Program-made: the position numbers and the translations under genes
Assembly: GCA_964016885.1 (NCBI GenBank)
Contig: OZ024746.1
Location: forward strand, 3,224,001-3,288,000
Length of the DNA stretch: 64,000 nucleotides
Direction: 5' to 3'
From: Eledone cirrhosa
Taxonomy: Eukaryota
Shown here: positions 1-13,606 of the stretch, one piece after another
Numbering within the stretch: position 1 is the first letter of the stretch
How the letters are laid out: the number at the start of each line of letters is the position of its first letter
Notes under the pieces: model-generated
The model's database searches: none
What the model was told of the DNA's origin: nothing
What the model saw: the letters and a program-made list of their open reading frames with translations, nothing else

Positions 1-402
1 CAGAGTCAATCAACTCTGCTTCTATGCCAATGTAAGGAATCAATAGTGATCAATAGATTGTAATTTATCTTTGAATGTAAAGTGGTTGAATGTCGAGCGG
101 GTGCATGATTACTGGATAAACAAGAGGTATACAGCTGGCTGGGTGTGGAAAAAAATGTGAAGGCAATGTAATATGGAAGGAATGTGACAGTAATGGCCTA
201 TATGGAATAAGTAGATGTAATTTGAAGATTGTAAAATGTCTAGAAGTGAATTTGTAGAAAAATTATCCATTGAGACTGGCCAAAACTAAAGAGCTGATTT
301 AGACCCTCTCCCGATACTGCCAATCCACTGTCCATTGTTATTGTAATAATAATCTTTATTTTGGCCATTATTTTCCTTAAAAATTATTTATTACTTTTAC
401 AG

Positions 403-696
403 ATTAAAAAGAAAATTCAAAGACTTTTTAGAAGAAAACAAGCAAGTTAAGCCAGGCAAACCAATTAGTGAAACATATATCAACTTTGTTGGCAAAGAAT
501 GTTACAATAGTTTGAATGAGCGAGAGCGAGAGGAAGTGTATGAACAGCACCAAGTGGACTTGCGAATGCGGGCCAAGCAGGATTTCCAAGAACTCATGTG
601 GGAAAAATCTGAAGTTTTCACAGAACTCAACCCATCAGTTAGACTGACGCAAGACGACCTCAAAATTATAACAAATGCCTTACAGAATGATCCAAG
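403..696 (+). CDS. ARHGAP35: p190 RhoGAP-like gene, internal exon 1 in window (FF-domain region)
   Basis: Acceptor ttttacag (401-402) and donor AG/gtaatt. Translates LKRKFKDFLEENKQVKPGKP...YEQHQVDLRMRAKQDFQELMWEKSEVF...LQNDPR, resembling p190 FF repeats (AKxxFQELLxE). Phase 2 end joins the next exon. ARHGAP35 versus ARHGAP5 cannot be resolved; probably a single invertebrate co-orthologue. Confidence 0.9.
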
Positions 697-1204
697 GTAA
701 TTTTACTGTTATACTTACTCTGTTTTAATAAACATAATGTACATATTGATGCATTTTGGTAAAGGAATATTTGCTAGTTATTAAATAAACACATGCAATA
801 TTGTTGCATGATAAGCACCGGCCAAAATGAGCCTTCTGGCAGACTTCAGACTTACGGCCTGCCCGCTTAGCCAGTGGGATGGCGTCATCGTATGGCCAAA
901 ACAGCACGCAGTGCTGTGACCAGCGGCACCGAATGGACGCCCGACAGACTGGTCGGTCAAAGTGATCAAGGTGACTACTGTTGTTTACTTTTGTCTAAAT
1001 ATTGGAAAGAGTTTGAATTGCACAAATCATTTATGTTTTATTCATATTATCTCACCATCTTTCTATAATTTACTCTGTGACTTTAAAGTACTGCGTGAGG
1101 TGCAGCTTATTAAAATAAAGTAGCAATAACGCATTGGGATCGATTTTATCAACTTTTCTCTCCCCAAAAATTGTTGGCCTTGTACCTAAATCAGAAACCA
1201 TTAT

Positions 1205-1510
1205 TGGTAGTATCGGTAGAGGGTCGGGCGCCATGCTTTGACGCATAGAGTTACGCCCCTTGCCATTCCGAGTTCAAATCCCGCCGAGTTTAACTTTGCC
1301 TTTCATCCTTACGGGGTCGATAAAATAAAGTACCAGTAATACACTGGGTAATTGATGGCCTTGTGCCAAAAAGTAGAAACAATTATTATTTCAAGATAGC
1401 AGACTTCAATAATTGAGCCACAATAATTACTCCTTACGGGGTCGATAAAATAAAGTACCAGTAATACACTGGGTAATTGCTGGCCTTGTGCCTAACGTAG
1501 AAACAATAAT
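1205..1510 (+). mobile_element. tRNA-derived SINE family A with duplicated 3' part
   Basis: B-box GAGTTCAAATCC; body aactttgcctttcatccttacggggtcgataaaataaagtaccag; (ATT)n tail. Further copies at ~8815-9140, 9715-9840, 46690-46865 (-) and 48165-48230 (-). Confidence 0.85.
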
Positions 1511-1749
1511 TACTAGAATAGCTTAATTGGGTTTCTTCTGAAATGTTTTATTATAATTGTTTGAAGTTATAAGGTGTTGGCCTGATTCAATGCAGACGCG
1601 TCCCACTGCAACATCAACAGCTTGTCTGTATTGCTCACCAGAACAGACTGATAAACATAGACTGAGTACCCAGATCTCTGCCCACCTCAGAATAGGGACC
1701 TCACGCACCCTAATCCCAGTACCGTGTGCTGGTTACATTGCCTGGGTGA

Positions 1750-1908
<159 letters not shown>

Positions 1909-3185
1909 CTTGATTGCCTTTTCTAATTTTAAAATGATTCTCTAGACTAGAACAAGAAATGTTACCACTTTCAGTCATGTACTACTCTCAGGTCCCAAAT
2001 AATTGGGGGGGGGGGGATCTGTAATTTTCTAGGTTGTCTCCATTGATTTAAAAAAAAAAACAGAATTAGTCTTTTAGTTTACATGTTGAGACCCCAACCC
2101 ATCCTATTTATTTTATAACGTATGAGATTTTTTGTAATGTACTTTTTTCATGTATAATGAAAATTGTTGCAGGAATGCTACCACTTAAAATAAAATTTTG
2201 CCAGAGATAGATTAGCAAAATTTAATGGTAGTGTTAGTGGAGTGGGGGTGGATATGAAAAATTGATATGCAGTGGTGGGGCCAAGAGTAACCCAATTTAT
2301 GTTGCTTTATTAAAGGGAAGATAGAAATAGGCTGGCTGGTTGGTTGGTTGGTGAACCTCTATGGCAGTTTCATGTCAAAATCTAGAGAAGCTTATATTTG
2401 TTTTGAGAAATCTGAGATGGGAAATGTTGGTTGAATATTTCATTTTGAAGCAGATATATTTTCACTACTTTCAATTTTATTTTCCTACTGAGATATAAAA
2501 GACTAAAAATCTGGTCAAATATTTTAATTACTGTTAACCACTATATGAAAGTTTATAGTTTTGTATTATTTGCTGACTACAGAAAAATTTCAGATTTTAA
2601 AAAGTTTTCTGAAAGTGAAAAATTTTCCTTCACAGAAAAGTCCTGTTATATTGCTTCCTCAACCCAGATAATACACATGCTTACTTTAGAGTTTTTCTTG
2701 GTAAAGTTATGTCCATTTTTCACCAAAAATTGCTGTCTGTTTATTCAGCTTTTCCCCTATCTATTTCAACCACTTGGATATTAACAGGATCATGTTCTGA
2801 GAAGTGGCTGAATATCAATCAATGTTGAAAGTCTAGTCAGTAGCTGAGACAGTCCAGGGAAATAAAAGTGAAAGCTATGACTGGCTTACAGGCAAGATTA
2901 AAGGGGGGTGCTATACACTCTCATGAGAAGATGGATGCATTGGTAGATTTATTCATCTCCACCCTCACCCACTTAACTGTCGTACACTCATCTGAAATGT
3001 TTATATTTACAGTATCTTAATTCTAAACATCTGTATCTTTATTTCAAACTTCAAAAGTGTTTTCTGCCTTCTCCCCTCTAAGTAATATTACTAGAAAAAA
3101 TAAATAGTCTTCAGCATCCATTGTGGGACAAAGTCACTTTATAACTTGTTTGAAACAATTCAGATATTTTCTAGGAATCTGATTT

Positions 3186-3560
3186 TTAGATTTTGGTTAT
3201 ATTAATTTGGCAGTTATATCTTAAGGTTAATTCTGATGACCCAGTAAAATTTATCCATCTCAATCTCTTTTCTACGTTGAGTATTATGTCATTTATCTGG
3301 TTGGGTTTTATAAGGATTTGAGAAGGGTGGATGGAATGGAGTGGGGTGAGTGTTAGAGTGAAGGAATGGGATGAGATTATATGAGACATCCTAGTGGGAG
3401 TGAGCAAGGTAGAGGGGGACAGGTGATGGATATTCTTTGGTATAAGCAATTGACTGAGATGAATTGAGAGTTAGGGTTAGATAGACTAGAGTGGGTGAGA
3501 CATGAGTGAATGAGATGAAATGTGGCTTTTAGTGAGGGCGAACAGTGAGGATATAACATT
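3186..3560 (-). repeat. old dispersed repeat, related to 7390-7670 (+)
   Basis: LIKPNQINDIILNVEKRLRWINFT versus LINPNQISNLILNxEMGFRWITF, each preceded by a CT-rich tract. Confidence 0.55.
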
Positions 3561-3928
3561 AACATGTAGTTTACATGAACATGTGGAATTACATTCTAAA
3601 CAATATAGAACTTTTACAATGCACAAAACTTTAATTGTATTTTGGGGGAAATGAGATTTATCGTTCAGCAGATGGTGGTGGTGACAGTGGCTCATCTTCC
3701 TCGTCCTCAATAAACGGTTCATTTGTTGTGTCATAATGTTTATGTGGTTAGATATCTAACTGTCCTGCATTCATGTTAACTTCACTGTTGAGTAATTCAG
3801 TGCTGATAAAATATGTAAGGATAGTACAATAGAAATCTATTTACTCTTTTTAGGATCCAAAGGTGGTAAAAAAATATTGTTCATATATATAAAATATTTC
3901 TTTTCATTACTGTAAATCCCTGTTTTAG

Positions 3929-4081
3929 GTATCAGTTGCTTGATCATCTGGAGGAAGATCGCAAAGTGATGATATTAAATCATCTCGGATTTATCCAATG
4001 TCCCTCGAAGGAAAGATGTTATTTCCGAGAACAATGTGTAGAGGCAATGGCACAGAAACTTCTCAGTCACAGGCCAGCAAG
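3929..4081 (+). CDS. ARHGAP35: p190 RhoGAP-like exon 2 (end of last FF domain)
   Basis: tgttttag acceptor and gtaagc donor. RYQLLDHLEEDRKVMILNHLGFIQCPSKERCYFREQCVE resembles the p190 RYxxLxxLxxER...HxxFVxxPTKExC motif. In frame with both neighbours. Confidence 0.9.
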
Positions 4082-4616
4082 GTAAGCCATGTTTTTGTGT
4101 AGATAATCTCACTGACTCTCTACTTATACTTCATTACCTAACATATGTTTAGCTTTTACCACAGTTGCTGTTTTAACAAAAATTATTTCAGCTTCAAAAT
4201 TTGTCTATTTTCTTTTTTGAAGACCTTCAATGGAATGTATTTTTTTTATCAAAGTTTTCATATGAAAATATGCATGTTTAATAACGTGCTATTTTTCTTT
4301 CACTTGAATTAGCAAGATACAAATTTTCTGTTGATGTGGACTTATGCTTACATGTGTGGCTATATGGCTGTTTAGAAATATGTATTTTTCTTTATTATTA
4401 CCTCCTTTTTCTAACCTTCTCTCTGCATATTTGTGTGGGCTAGAAGAAGATTGTACCAAAATTACATATCTTTATGAAGAGTGGTTGCCAACACTTGGTG
4501 GCTGGAGTTGGTTCTCATTCTTAATACAAACTAACATGAGTTGACTTACTGATTAAATTTGAGATGACTTGTGAAATTTATCCATTATATAAGCTCTAAA
4601 ATATGCATTGAAAGTC

Positions 4617-5330
4617 ATCATCATCATTTAACATCCATTTTTCCACACTAGCATGAGTTAGACGGGTTGCCCCATTGTGAGACAAACCAGGTCTAATGAC
4701 CATGTCTTGCTCATAAAGGACTGGTTTGGGCTTGGTTTTTATGGCCTGATGCCCTTCCTAACACCAACCACTTTACAGTGAGTACTGGGTGTTTTTGGTC
4801 ATGACACCTACAACCACTTTACAGTGAGTATCGGGTATTCTTTGTGGTGACACCTACAACTACTTTACAGTGAGTACTGGATATTCTTTGTGGTGACACC
4901 TACAACCACTTTACAGTGAGTACTGGGTGCTTTTTGTCGTGATACCTACAACCACTTCACAGTGAGTACTGGATATTCTTTGTGGTGACACCTACAACCA
5001 CTTTACAATGAGTACTGGATATTCTTTGTGGTGACACCTACAACCACTTCACAGTGAGTACTGGATATTCTTTGTGGTGACACCTACAACCACTTCACAG
5101 TGAGTACTGGATATTCTTTGTGGTGACACCTACAACCACTTCACAGTGAGTACTGGATATTCTTTGTGGTGACACCTACAACCACTTCACAGTGAGTACT
5201 GGATATTCTTTGTCATGACACCTACAACTACTTCACAGTGAGTACTGGGTGCTTTTTGTCGTGATACCTACATGACCACTTTACAGTGTAGGCTGGATGC
5301 TTTTTGTTGTGACATCTACACAACTTCTTT
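4617..5330 (-). mobile_element. SINE-like family B with (GAT)n tail (other copies ~39340-39595 +, 40010-40330 -, 40614-40830 -, 46900-47207 +, 63610-63790 +)
   Basis: Shared catcatcgtttaac..ttccacgct.gcatggg and ggatgcccttcctaacaccaaccac..tacagt blocks. Confidence 0.75.
4765..5318. repeat. 46-bp minisatellite, 12 units, inside SINE family B
   Basis: Unit caaccactt(t/c)acagtgagtactggatattctttgtggtgacaccta starts at 4765, 4811, 4857 ... 5225 and 5271. Confidence 0.95.
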
Positions 5331-6780
5331 ACATGCTTCTTGGAAATTATAGGTTTCTCTAGTTATGCTAAATCATATGTGTGTTTATGTGTGTGTGTGC
5401 GTGCGTGTTTTTTTGTTTTTATGGGTTTGTTTAATGCTATTTTGGGAGTTGTGTTTATAAATTTGGTGTTTGTGATGTGTGAGAGTGTTCTGTATATTAG
5501 TGAGCAAGTAACCTACATATAAAATAAGTTCCATGGAAAGATTTATTTCACTGGTGAACATATGAGGAAAACTTTTTATGCCCCCCCCCCCCCCCCCCCT
5601 TATATAATTCTAATAATGTTTTCAATTGGCACAGATGTGCAATGTAGCATATTATAGAATATTTGGTGATATTTGCTTTGGTCTTTACACTCTCAGTTCA
5701 ATTCCCACTGAGACCAAGTTTGTCTTTCATTTATTTGGTATTGATAAAATAAATTACCATAGTGATGGATTGACAGAATTGTTGGTGTGTTGGATGAGAT
5801 GTTTTATGGGGAATCCTGCAAATGACCACAGGACAACAATTGTTTAGAAAAGCTACATAATTGATACAGCTTCCATTTAAAAAACTTATGTTGGATGTAT
5901 TTACATGTTAGTTGGTATTGATTTGTTTTCTAATCAATAACCTTATTCTTTTTAATGATTTATGTCAAAGAAAGTTAATTAATCTACTAACAACAAAATC
6001 CACCCAAAAGTTTATCAGTTTGAAACTTCAACATCTGAACTTTTGATTTTATCCTTTTTTTATTTTGTATTTTGCCTGATTGATTATTTTATTTACTAAT
6101 TAGTTTCATTATTTTTTTAATTATTGGTCTGTACAGTCACACCTTTCACTGAATAGGAATTGTTTTTTTAATATTTTATTGTAATTAATATTACAAATCT
6201 TTGTAATATTCTAAATTTTGAGTTGAACATCATCATCATCATCATCGTTTAACGTCTATCTTCCACGCTAACATGGGTTTAGAATAAAATATGTTAATAC
6301 AAAAGTCCTGACAGGAGGCCCTTGTTTTAATCTGCTGAAAGCCATTGTCTATATCCTTAACTCTGTTGGAAATATAATTGCCTTTAGGTAATAACATTAA
6401 GTTAATAATGTTCACTTGAATTGGCAAACTACTGGAAAAAATACATGTTAGAAAATATTGAACTTAAATACGCAACACAATACAATTTCTAGGGATCATG
6501 ATGAAACTATAAATTGCAACTGTACTACTAATTACTACATAAAATTAATTAGAGTTTGATACTTGGAAAAAATAGTTAATTCATATAATCTAAGAACCAC
6601 AGAACTCTAAAAGAAATTTGTGCTAAGTTTCTCAAACTTCACTTTGCTTCATACAAGATGTATGGTTTTTTATAAAACTGTTTAATGTGTAAGATTATTT
6701 ATAAGATGATGTTAGTCAGTATTTGTGATATCTTCATTTTTCGTCCGGGTGGGACATGGGGGGGGGGGGGTACATTTTCT

Positions 6781-6997
6781 TTAACCCTTTAGCATTCACA
6801 TTACTCCATATTTACTATTGTATTTTTACAGAAAAAGGCTTTATCTCACATAATATTGAATCTATGAGATTTTGATATTATTCATTTTGAGAACAATACC
6901 TTAAAGTCAGTATGGGCAGCTGGTTATGGCCAGTTTAAACAGAAAGGGGTGAGAGAATTCTGGCCAGATATGGCCAGTTTAAATGCTAACGTATTAA
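6781..6997 (-). mobile_element. piggyBac-type MITE family 1 (other copies 17003-17226 and ~47255-47483, opposite orientation)
   Basis: TTAA-CCCTTTAGCATT ends, ~220 bp, mutually similar copies, left end similar to the 24221 piggyBac. Confidence 0.8.
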
Positions 6998-7268
6998 AGC
7001 ACCAATCAGTAGCACAGTGTAACATTAATTCTTCTAGATTTGATTTAATGCATTAAATTTAATACAACCATAAATTATCAATTAAAAGTCATAATTGCTG
7101 GTGCTGAGTCTATCAAAGTTTATTCATTTACTGGGTTTTTATTCAATGTATTTATTCAATGGTTTATGTTTCTAATTATGTATTCAAATAATGGCATAAA
7201 CAACAATGTTTTTGTGAAATATTGTTAATGGGTCCTTTTTAAATTGAATCATTTTGTTAATATTTCAG

Positions 7269-7377
7269 GCCTGATATTTCAGAAAGTGCTGCTGCTCTCA
7301 AGGGCATTGAACAACCTTTCAATTTGGTTCTTTTAGGAAAGGATGGACTAGCATCTAATATCAATCAGGAAATCAGG
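7269..7377 (+). CDS. ARHGAP35: p190 RhoGAP-like exon 3 (start of pseudoGTPase pG1)
   Basis: tatttcag acceptor and gtaaac donor. FNLVLLGKDGLASNINQEIR matches the degenerate P-loop NLVILGKDGLA of p190 pG1. Confidence 0.92.
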
Positions 7378-7989
7378 GTAAACATTGAATTTTATCTCAC
7401 ACACACACCTTTTCTGTAATGCTACATTCTTCCTCACCTCATCTCAGTCAATCCCTTATCTTAAACAGTATCACCTCCTTCTTTCTATCATGCTCCCACT
7501 AAGCTGTCTTATGTAATGTTCTCAGTCTGTCCCATTCCATTCACCCTTCTCAAATAAGTCTTCACCAAGCCTTTACGAAAACTTTAATCCTTGATAAATC
7601 CCAACCAGATTAGTAACCTAATACTCAACTAAGAAATGGGATTTAGGTGGATAACTTTTACACAACACGAATAAGTAATTTTTTTATTTTATTTTATATT
7701 TTACTTAATAATGCTTGATTGTTATGGAGTTTCTGTTGCCCAAATGTATCTGTATTGTAGAGACAGCAAACCCCCCAATCTCTGCTTAACTTTGGGTCAT
7801 CTTTTTTTCATATAGAATTTTCACAAACTTCAGTAAACTACCTAACCACTTGCTCACCTACCAATCAGGTAAACATACAAATCAGACTAACTTTATTCTC
7901 ACTAGAAAACACAATAGTCAGTAGTGAACAGGAAGGCTACCTGGGAAATGAACTCCCTCAAATGTTCTAGAGGTTAACCAGAAGTAATG

Positions 7990-8230
7990 GATAGATTTCC
8001 TTATTTAGGGGACCTCGTTGGCAAATAGAGGTGAAAGTGTTGTAGACAAAGTGGGGTCAGTAGAAGTTCAGGGAGCTGTTACCTTTGCTGACAAATTATA
8101 TAATGCTATGCTGAATATAAGTGAGGCATGGGCCTTGAGTGCAGAAGATATGCAGTGGTGGAAAAGAAATGAAGCATGCATGCTTCGCTGGATATGTAAT
8201 GATAGTGTATGTGAACCACAGTGCACAAAC
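7990..8230 (+). mobile_element. decayed RTE LINE fragment
   Basis: SEAWALSAEDM...RNEACMLRWICN; same family as 38207-39060. Confidence 0.75.
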
Positions 8231-10071
8231 AAGGTGGTCCCAATTTTGAAGATAGTTGGAATATTTGAATGCAGCAATTACTCTTGGGTTTTGATTAATC
8301 GTCCCTCCACTTTGATTATTAAATAAAATAAATAGGATGGGTTGGGGTCTCAATATGGAAACTAAACGACTAATTCTGGTTTTTAAAACAATCAACGAAG
8401 ACAACCTAGAAAAATTACCAATTTTCCATCCACCTACTCCTGCTTCTTCCAACCCCCCTTATTATTTAGGACACGAGAGTATGTAGAAACTCCTTCATTA
8501 TTGTAATCAAGAGCTGTGATTGAAATGAAATGTATTGAAGTGATATGAAATGTATGTATAATTATTTCATAATTACTTTTTGTTGAGTTTTACATAGATT
8601 ACTTTCCTATTTAATTAAGTCTGTTGGTAATATTGTTTATTGTTGAAATTGGATTAAACATTCTTGTTAAAAAGAACATGGTAAAACTATGAGAAAACAA
8701 AATGTCTTTCTTTATCAAAGCATTTTTAAGTAGTTTTCCTTCTCCAGTTGTCTAATCCTGCCTAACTTAATGAATTCCTGTAAGCTGTGGAATATGAATT
8801 TAGTATTTATCAGAAGTATTGGTAGAGTAGCAGACAAAATGCTTTTCCATATTTAGTTAGAACTTGCTATGTTCTAAGTTCAAATTCTGCCAAGGACAAC
8901 TTTGCCTTTCATTCTTCCAGGTTCAATAAAATAAAGTACCAGTTACATACTGGAGTCGATACAGTTAACTTTCCTCTTCTGCCAAATTATTGGCTTTGTA
9001 CCATTGTTAGAAACAATGTAATCCTGCTGAGATTAACTTAGTCTTTCATCTTTCTTTAGTTGATAAACTATGGTTGATTTAATCAACTCTGCCCCTTGCT
9101 ACAAATTTACTGGCCTTGTGCCCAAACTAGAAATCAATATTTAATTTATCAATAACCTTTTACTGGAAATCCCAAGACTGAACACTTCTTTTTTAATTTA
9201 ACTTTTATGATGATATAAAATAAGAATGCTTAAGTTATAGATTACAACATGAAAGGACTCCTATATTATTTGTTTTCAAGTCAGTAATGCAAAATATATT
9301 GGAATGCTTTAATTGCAAGAAGTCGGAGTGCTTCATACTTCAAATATATTTAGAAATTCCACATTGAGAATCCGAAATTCTGACAGCTTAAATCACTTGT
9401 TATACATGTCTGAAGAAAATGATGAAAGACAAACATTCATCTTTGTGCTGTTTAATGCTAGAATATGAGGAAGCAATTTTATAGATACTTCTTGCTCGTA
9501 TATTGGCACCATTAGAAAGCTGTTTCAGTAATTAGATATATTCTATTTTCATATAAACTTCTGTGTCTTTCTTTCAATAATATTACATTTCATCATCATC
9601 ATGGTTTATAATGTAGTTGACTGAAGATAATAAGGACTGTTGAAATATTTCATTGTATATTGTAGCAGGTAATTGGTTCACCATGATTGTACTCTCGGGT
9701 CTGGAATAATTTACAGTCAGAGTTCAAATCCCACCAAGGTTAACTTTGCCTTTCATCCTTATGGGGTCGATAAAATAAAGTACCAGTAATGTACTGGGTA
9801 ATTGCTGGCCTTGTGCCAAAAGTAGAAACAATTATATTTATTGGTGGAGCAACAAGATTATAGAATGCCTGTCTAGACTTCTCATTCTGACAGTTAACTT
9901 TTCATTTCATCCTCCTGAGTTCAAGAAAATAGGTAACAACTCATGTTAATTCAGTCTCCCTTTACACTTCTCCTAATACTATGTGGCCTTGTGTTAATAT
10001 ATGACTATGTCTCTCTCTATATATATATGTATTGTTATAGATGTACTATTTAATATTTTGGTTTATTTCAG

Positions 10072-10195
10072 CATTTATGTGTAGAAGATGAATATAACTG
10101 TCAAGATATATTGTTCAGTCTTGATTACCGTCCCATTGATGGCGATGTCACTCAAGAACAGCACGCATTTGTAACCCCTACCTTTAAACCACATG
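10072..10195 (+). CDS. ARHGAP35: p190 RhoGAP-like exon 4 (pG1)
   Basis: ttatttcag acceptor and gtatgt donor. HLCVEDEY...LDYRPIDGDV...FVTPTFKPHG matches p190 LRPIEGNV...FQTPTFQPHG. Confidence 0.92.
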
Positions 10196-11084
10196 GTATG
10201 TAGCTTCCCCCTCCTTTCCTTTTTCATACATTTTGCTTTGGAAATTTAATTGTTTGCCTTTAGACCAATAAAAATTCCACATTTATGGCATCAATAAAAA
10301 TTCAAAGAAAAATTATCAGCTATTTTTAATCTAAATTATTTTTATCCTGCATATCTGAATCCATAGAACATGTTTTCAGTTGAATAAAATAGAAATTTAC
10401 AATATTATCCAGAAAATTCTAGTAACATATTAAAAGAAATGCCTTTAAATCTTAATGTCCTGCACCACATAGAACCACATTAGTAAAACATTCTTGAAAG
10501 GTACAAAACAGCACAATAATAATAATAATAATGAAATTATTGTGTACAGTGCTTAAGTGCACAACAACATTAACTGCATCACCTTTAAAAATTAGTCTTT
10601 ACTCTAACTCTACAAATTTTTACAATGATAGATACTATAAACATTTAAATTAACAATCTGATTTTTAGATATGTTTTACTAAATCATGTTAAGAGTTAAC
10701 AAATGTGAAGTAATTCAGTTGTCAGTTTACTACCTCCTCAACCATGTTTCTCACTTATTTTTCCTTTACTGGAAATAATTGAATAGATAAGCATAGGTTG
10801 TGAGTTCAAATCTACTGCAGATGTTTCAGGACAAGATACATACACAATGATTTTGGTTATCAATAGTAAATGATTAGGCTTTTTTCTAACTCCTTTAATA
10901 TCAACCTGCCCCAAACCACCTCTGGTTCTTTGAAACAAAACCATATTTTAAAAGGTTCCTATTTAAATTAAAACCTTGCAACATCATTTTATATAAGAAC
11001 CTCTTATGTTACAAATGCAGTCTTAATAATGAAATAATTAATAATTTTAGTAAGTCCTTCCAAATTCTTCATTAATTAACCCTT

Positions 11085-11400
11085 GCTGGAACAAGTGGGT
11101 GATCAGATGCATGCTAGTGGAGGTTGGCAGTTGAGGGTTCATAGTTAGCAAAGTCTGTGGAAGAAGGGGTATTACAGGAGCTAGCAGAAGGAAAGCCATC
11201 AAAAGCAATGTGGAAGTAGCAAAGAGGGTATCTAGATGGCTGAACAGAAGGGATGGTGGGGGTCAGTAGTATGTGTACCACTTGGACTCTGAGGCTTGGC
11301 CAATCTTGGTTAGGTCACCTATATGAGTGTATGCTGTAGGTCCTGCAACAACCAGTGACTCCAGGATACAACACTGGTAATGTGTCCAAGGTTTTGCACT
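11085..11400 (+). mobile_element. decayed HERO-like LINE 3' end
   Basis: VEVG(S)xGF...GITG...KAI...SRWL remnants followed by a GC-richer 3' UTR. Family assignment is from memory. Confidence 0.45.
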
Positions 11401-11927
11401 CTGTCGATGTATGAAGAACATCCTAAACATTGGAATGAAAGTGTTAAATGCTCCTTTACTAATAACTTATTGAAGTATACAATGTTTTAGTCCATCTCAA
11501 TATGGTGGATAGCAGATCATTTGCTGTAGATTGTCATTTTGTCCTTGGATGGAGTTCTCACATAGACTTCACACCAAAAAGAAAGAAAAAGAAAAGAGAA
11601 AAAATAGTTCTTAAGGAAACATTATTTTGTTGCTTTTATCAGTATGTTGATATTTGTACATATATAGAAAATGATTTCCTTCCAGTTCATTATTTTCAGT
11701 TTTCTTATCTCTTATTGAAAGGTGTTGCAATATTGTGATTTTTATCCCAGGTATGCAGATGTTAATGATATGCATATATTTCCCCCCAGTTTTATATAGA
11801 TATAGCTCATTGGAGGATTTCAGTTTGTCACTGCAAACAAACCAAGGACCCATTTATTATTGTGTTGCTGTTGTTTGTACCTCTTCACGATACTTATTTA
11901 CAGCTAAATGCACTGAGTCCTTGACAA

Positions 11928-12136
11928 TTAACTCTTTAGTTACCAACCCAGCCAAAACCAGCTCTGGTTCTAGGAAATAAAACCACCCATTTAAAAGGTT
12001 TCCAATTTATATTAAAATCTTCCAACATAATTTTATATAAGAATCTTACATTAAGTTACTATCTTAGTAATGTTGTAATTAATAATTCTAACAAATCCCT
12101 CAAAATTCATCAGAAATGTGATCATGAAAGGGTTAA
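11928..12136 (+). mobile_element. piggyBac-type MITE family 2 (same-orientation copies ~10890-11080, ~14975-15205, ~49938-50174, ~56394-56635)
   Basis: TTAA-C(C/T)CTTTAGTTACC ... ATGAAAGGG-TTAA, ~210-225 bp, shared core ccaaaaccagctctggttctatgaaataaa. Confidence 0.8.
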
Positions 12137-12604
12137 ATATCTTTGTAAAGAACATTGCACAGTGATATGGTACATATTGACATACATTTCTAATTCAGTG
12201 TATTTTACAATAATATGCCACTGATAAGCAGCAGACACATTATTTAATCAACAGGTGTTATCAAATTATTGCAATAATGGAAATACTGTTAAAGGCCCTA
12301 CAGTAATTACTTTTGACTCTAGTTGATCTTCCTAATGAATTAGGTAATGATGTAATTACACTGCAGAAATCACAGTTTGTTTGCTTTGATCTTTCTGTCC
12401 AAATAAATTATCATTCCCTCCCTATCATCACCTTTAAGATCATGAACATATTTTTACCAAGGTTTTTATGTTTATATATATAGAGATATATAGATCCAAT
12501 CTTCACCACATAACCTAACCAATTTATTTTGTTGTTTCACCTGTGCAGTAATTAATGCTTCAAATATCTCACTATTTTATCAAACTCATAAGACACACAT
12601 TTCA

Positions 12605-12678
<74 letters not shown>

Positions 12679-13404
12679 TGAAGTGCTATAATAAGGCACA
12701 CACTCACACACAATCATTTCTGATAATTATTGGTAACAACTAAGTGTTATTTGGTTATTTTTTTAATATTCTTTTTGTCTGATAATGTATTCTATACAAT
12801 ACACTAATTTCATCATAGAAAATTCCGGGTTGATCATTAACATTTAATGACTGCTTTCCCTGCTAGTAAGAATTGGCTGGTCCTTTGTTTGGCAGGTTTT
12901 CTACATCTTGGTGTCCTTTCTATTACCAAGTACTTTACATAGTGAACTGAGTGTGTTTGTCATGTAGGTCACCAATATTAGAGAGCCTGTTGTGCCCTTA
13001 ACACAACTGAAGAGCGAAGAAGAATTGCGAAAAAAAAGGCCTGAAAACCCATCTAAGATAATTATCAGCTCCAGTTCTTTTATTTATGACTGCATCACTC
13101 AACTTTCTCAATTATACCTTGAAAAATATACTGAAAGAAAATTGGTGAATTTGTTTATGTATTAACTAGGGAACACCACTCCACCCTTTAATGATGTTAA
13201 GAAAACCTATTTGTTATTAAATTTTGTTTTATGTTGATTATTAACCATTTTTATTCATATCTAAGCCTTTTGAACATCTGAAAAATATATTTAAAAAAAC
13301 AGGAAGAATTTTATAAATTTCACTTGTCTCTTTATAATGCTATTGTTGTTTGTCATTGCTCATGTAATTTTAATTTTTATATTTTATATTTTATCTTTTT
13401 TAAG

Positions 13405-13606
13405 GCTGTGTTTGTGTGTATAACTCTCATCACACATTTGAATATGTGCAAATGAGTCTGGATCAGACTTGGTTGTCAGATTTGGCTAGAGAGGATGGTT
13501 TAGTGTTGGACAGGCTACGATTTGTGATAATCCAGTTTCATAACCCTATGCTTAGTGAACGTGAGATAAATCAGTTAAGAGAACAAGGACAACAATTTGC
13601 AGACAA
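13405..13606 (+). CDS. ARHGAP35: p190 RhoGAP-like exon 5 (pG1)
   Basis: tttttaag acceptor and gttagt donor. GCVCVYNSHHTFEYVQMSL...QLREQGQQFAD resembles p190 GCLCLYNSxESLxYV. Overlaps ORF 13416..13628. Confidence 0.9.

Noticed and set aside
4765-5318. CRISPR-like regular array
   Set aside because: Units are contiguous with no unique spacers, there are no cas genes, and the context is a eukaryotic intron; it is a minisatellite.
13006-13045. CTGAAGA-GCGA..TTGC-GAAA hammerhead-like core
   Set aside because: No stem III/NUH and no stem I partner follow (A-run then GGCC).
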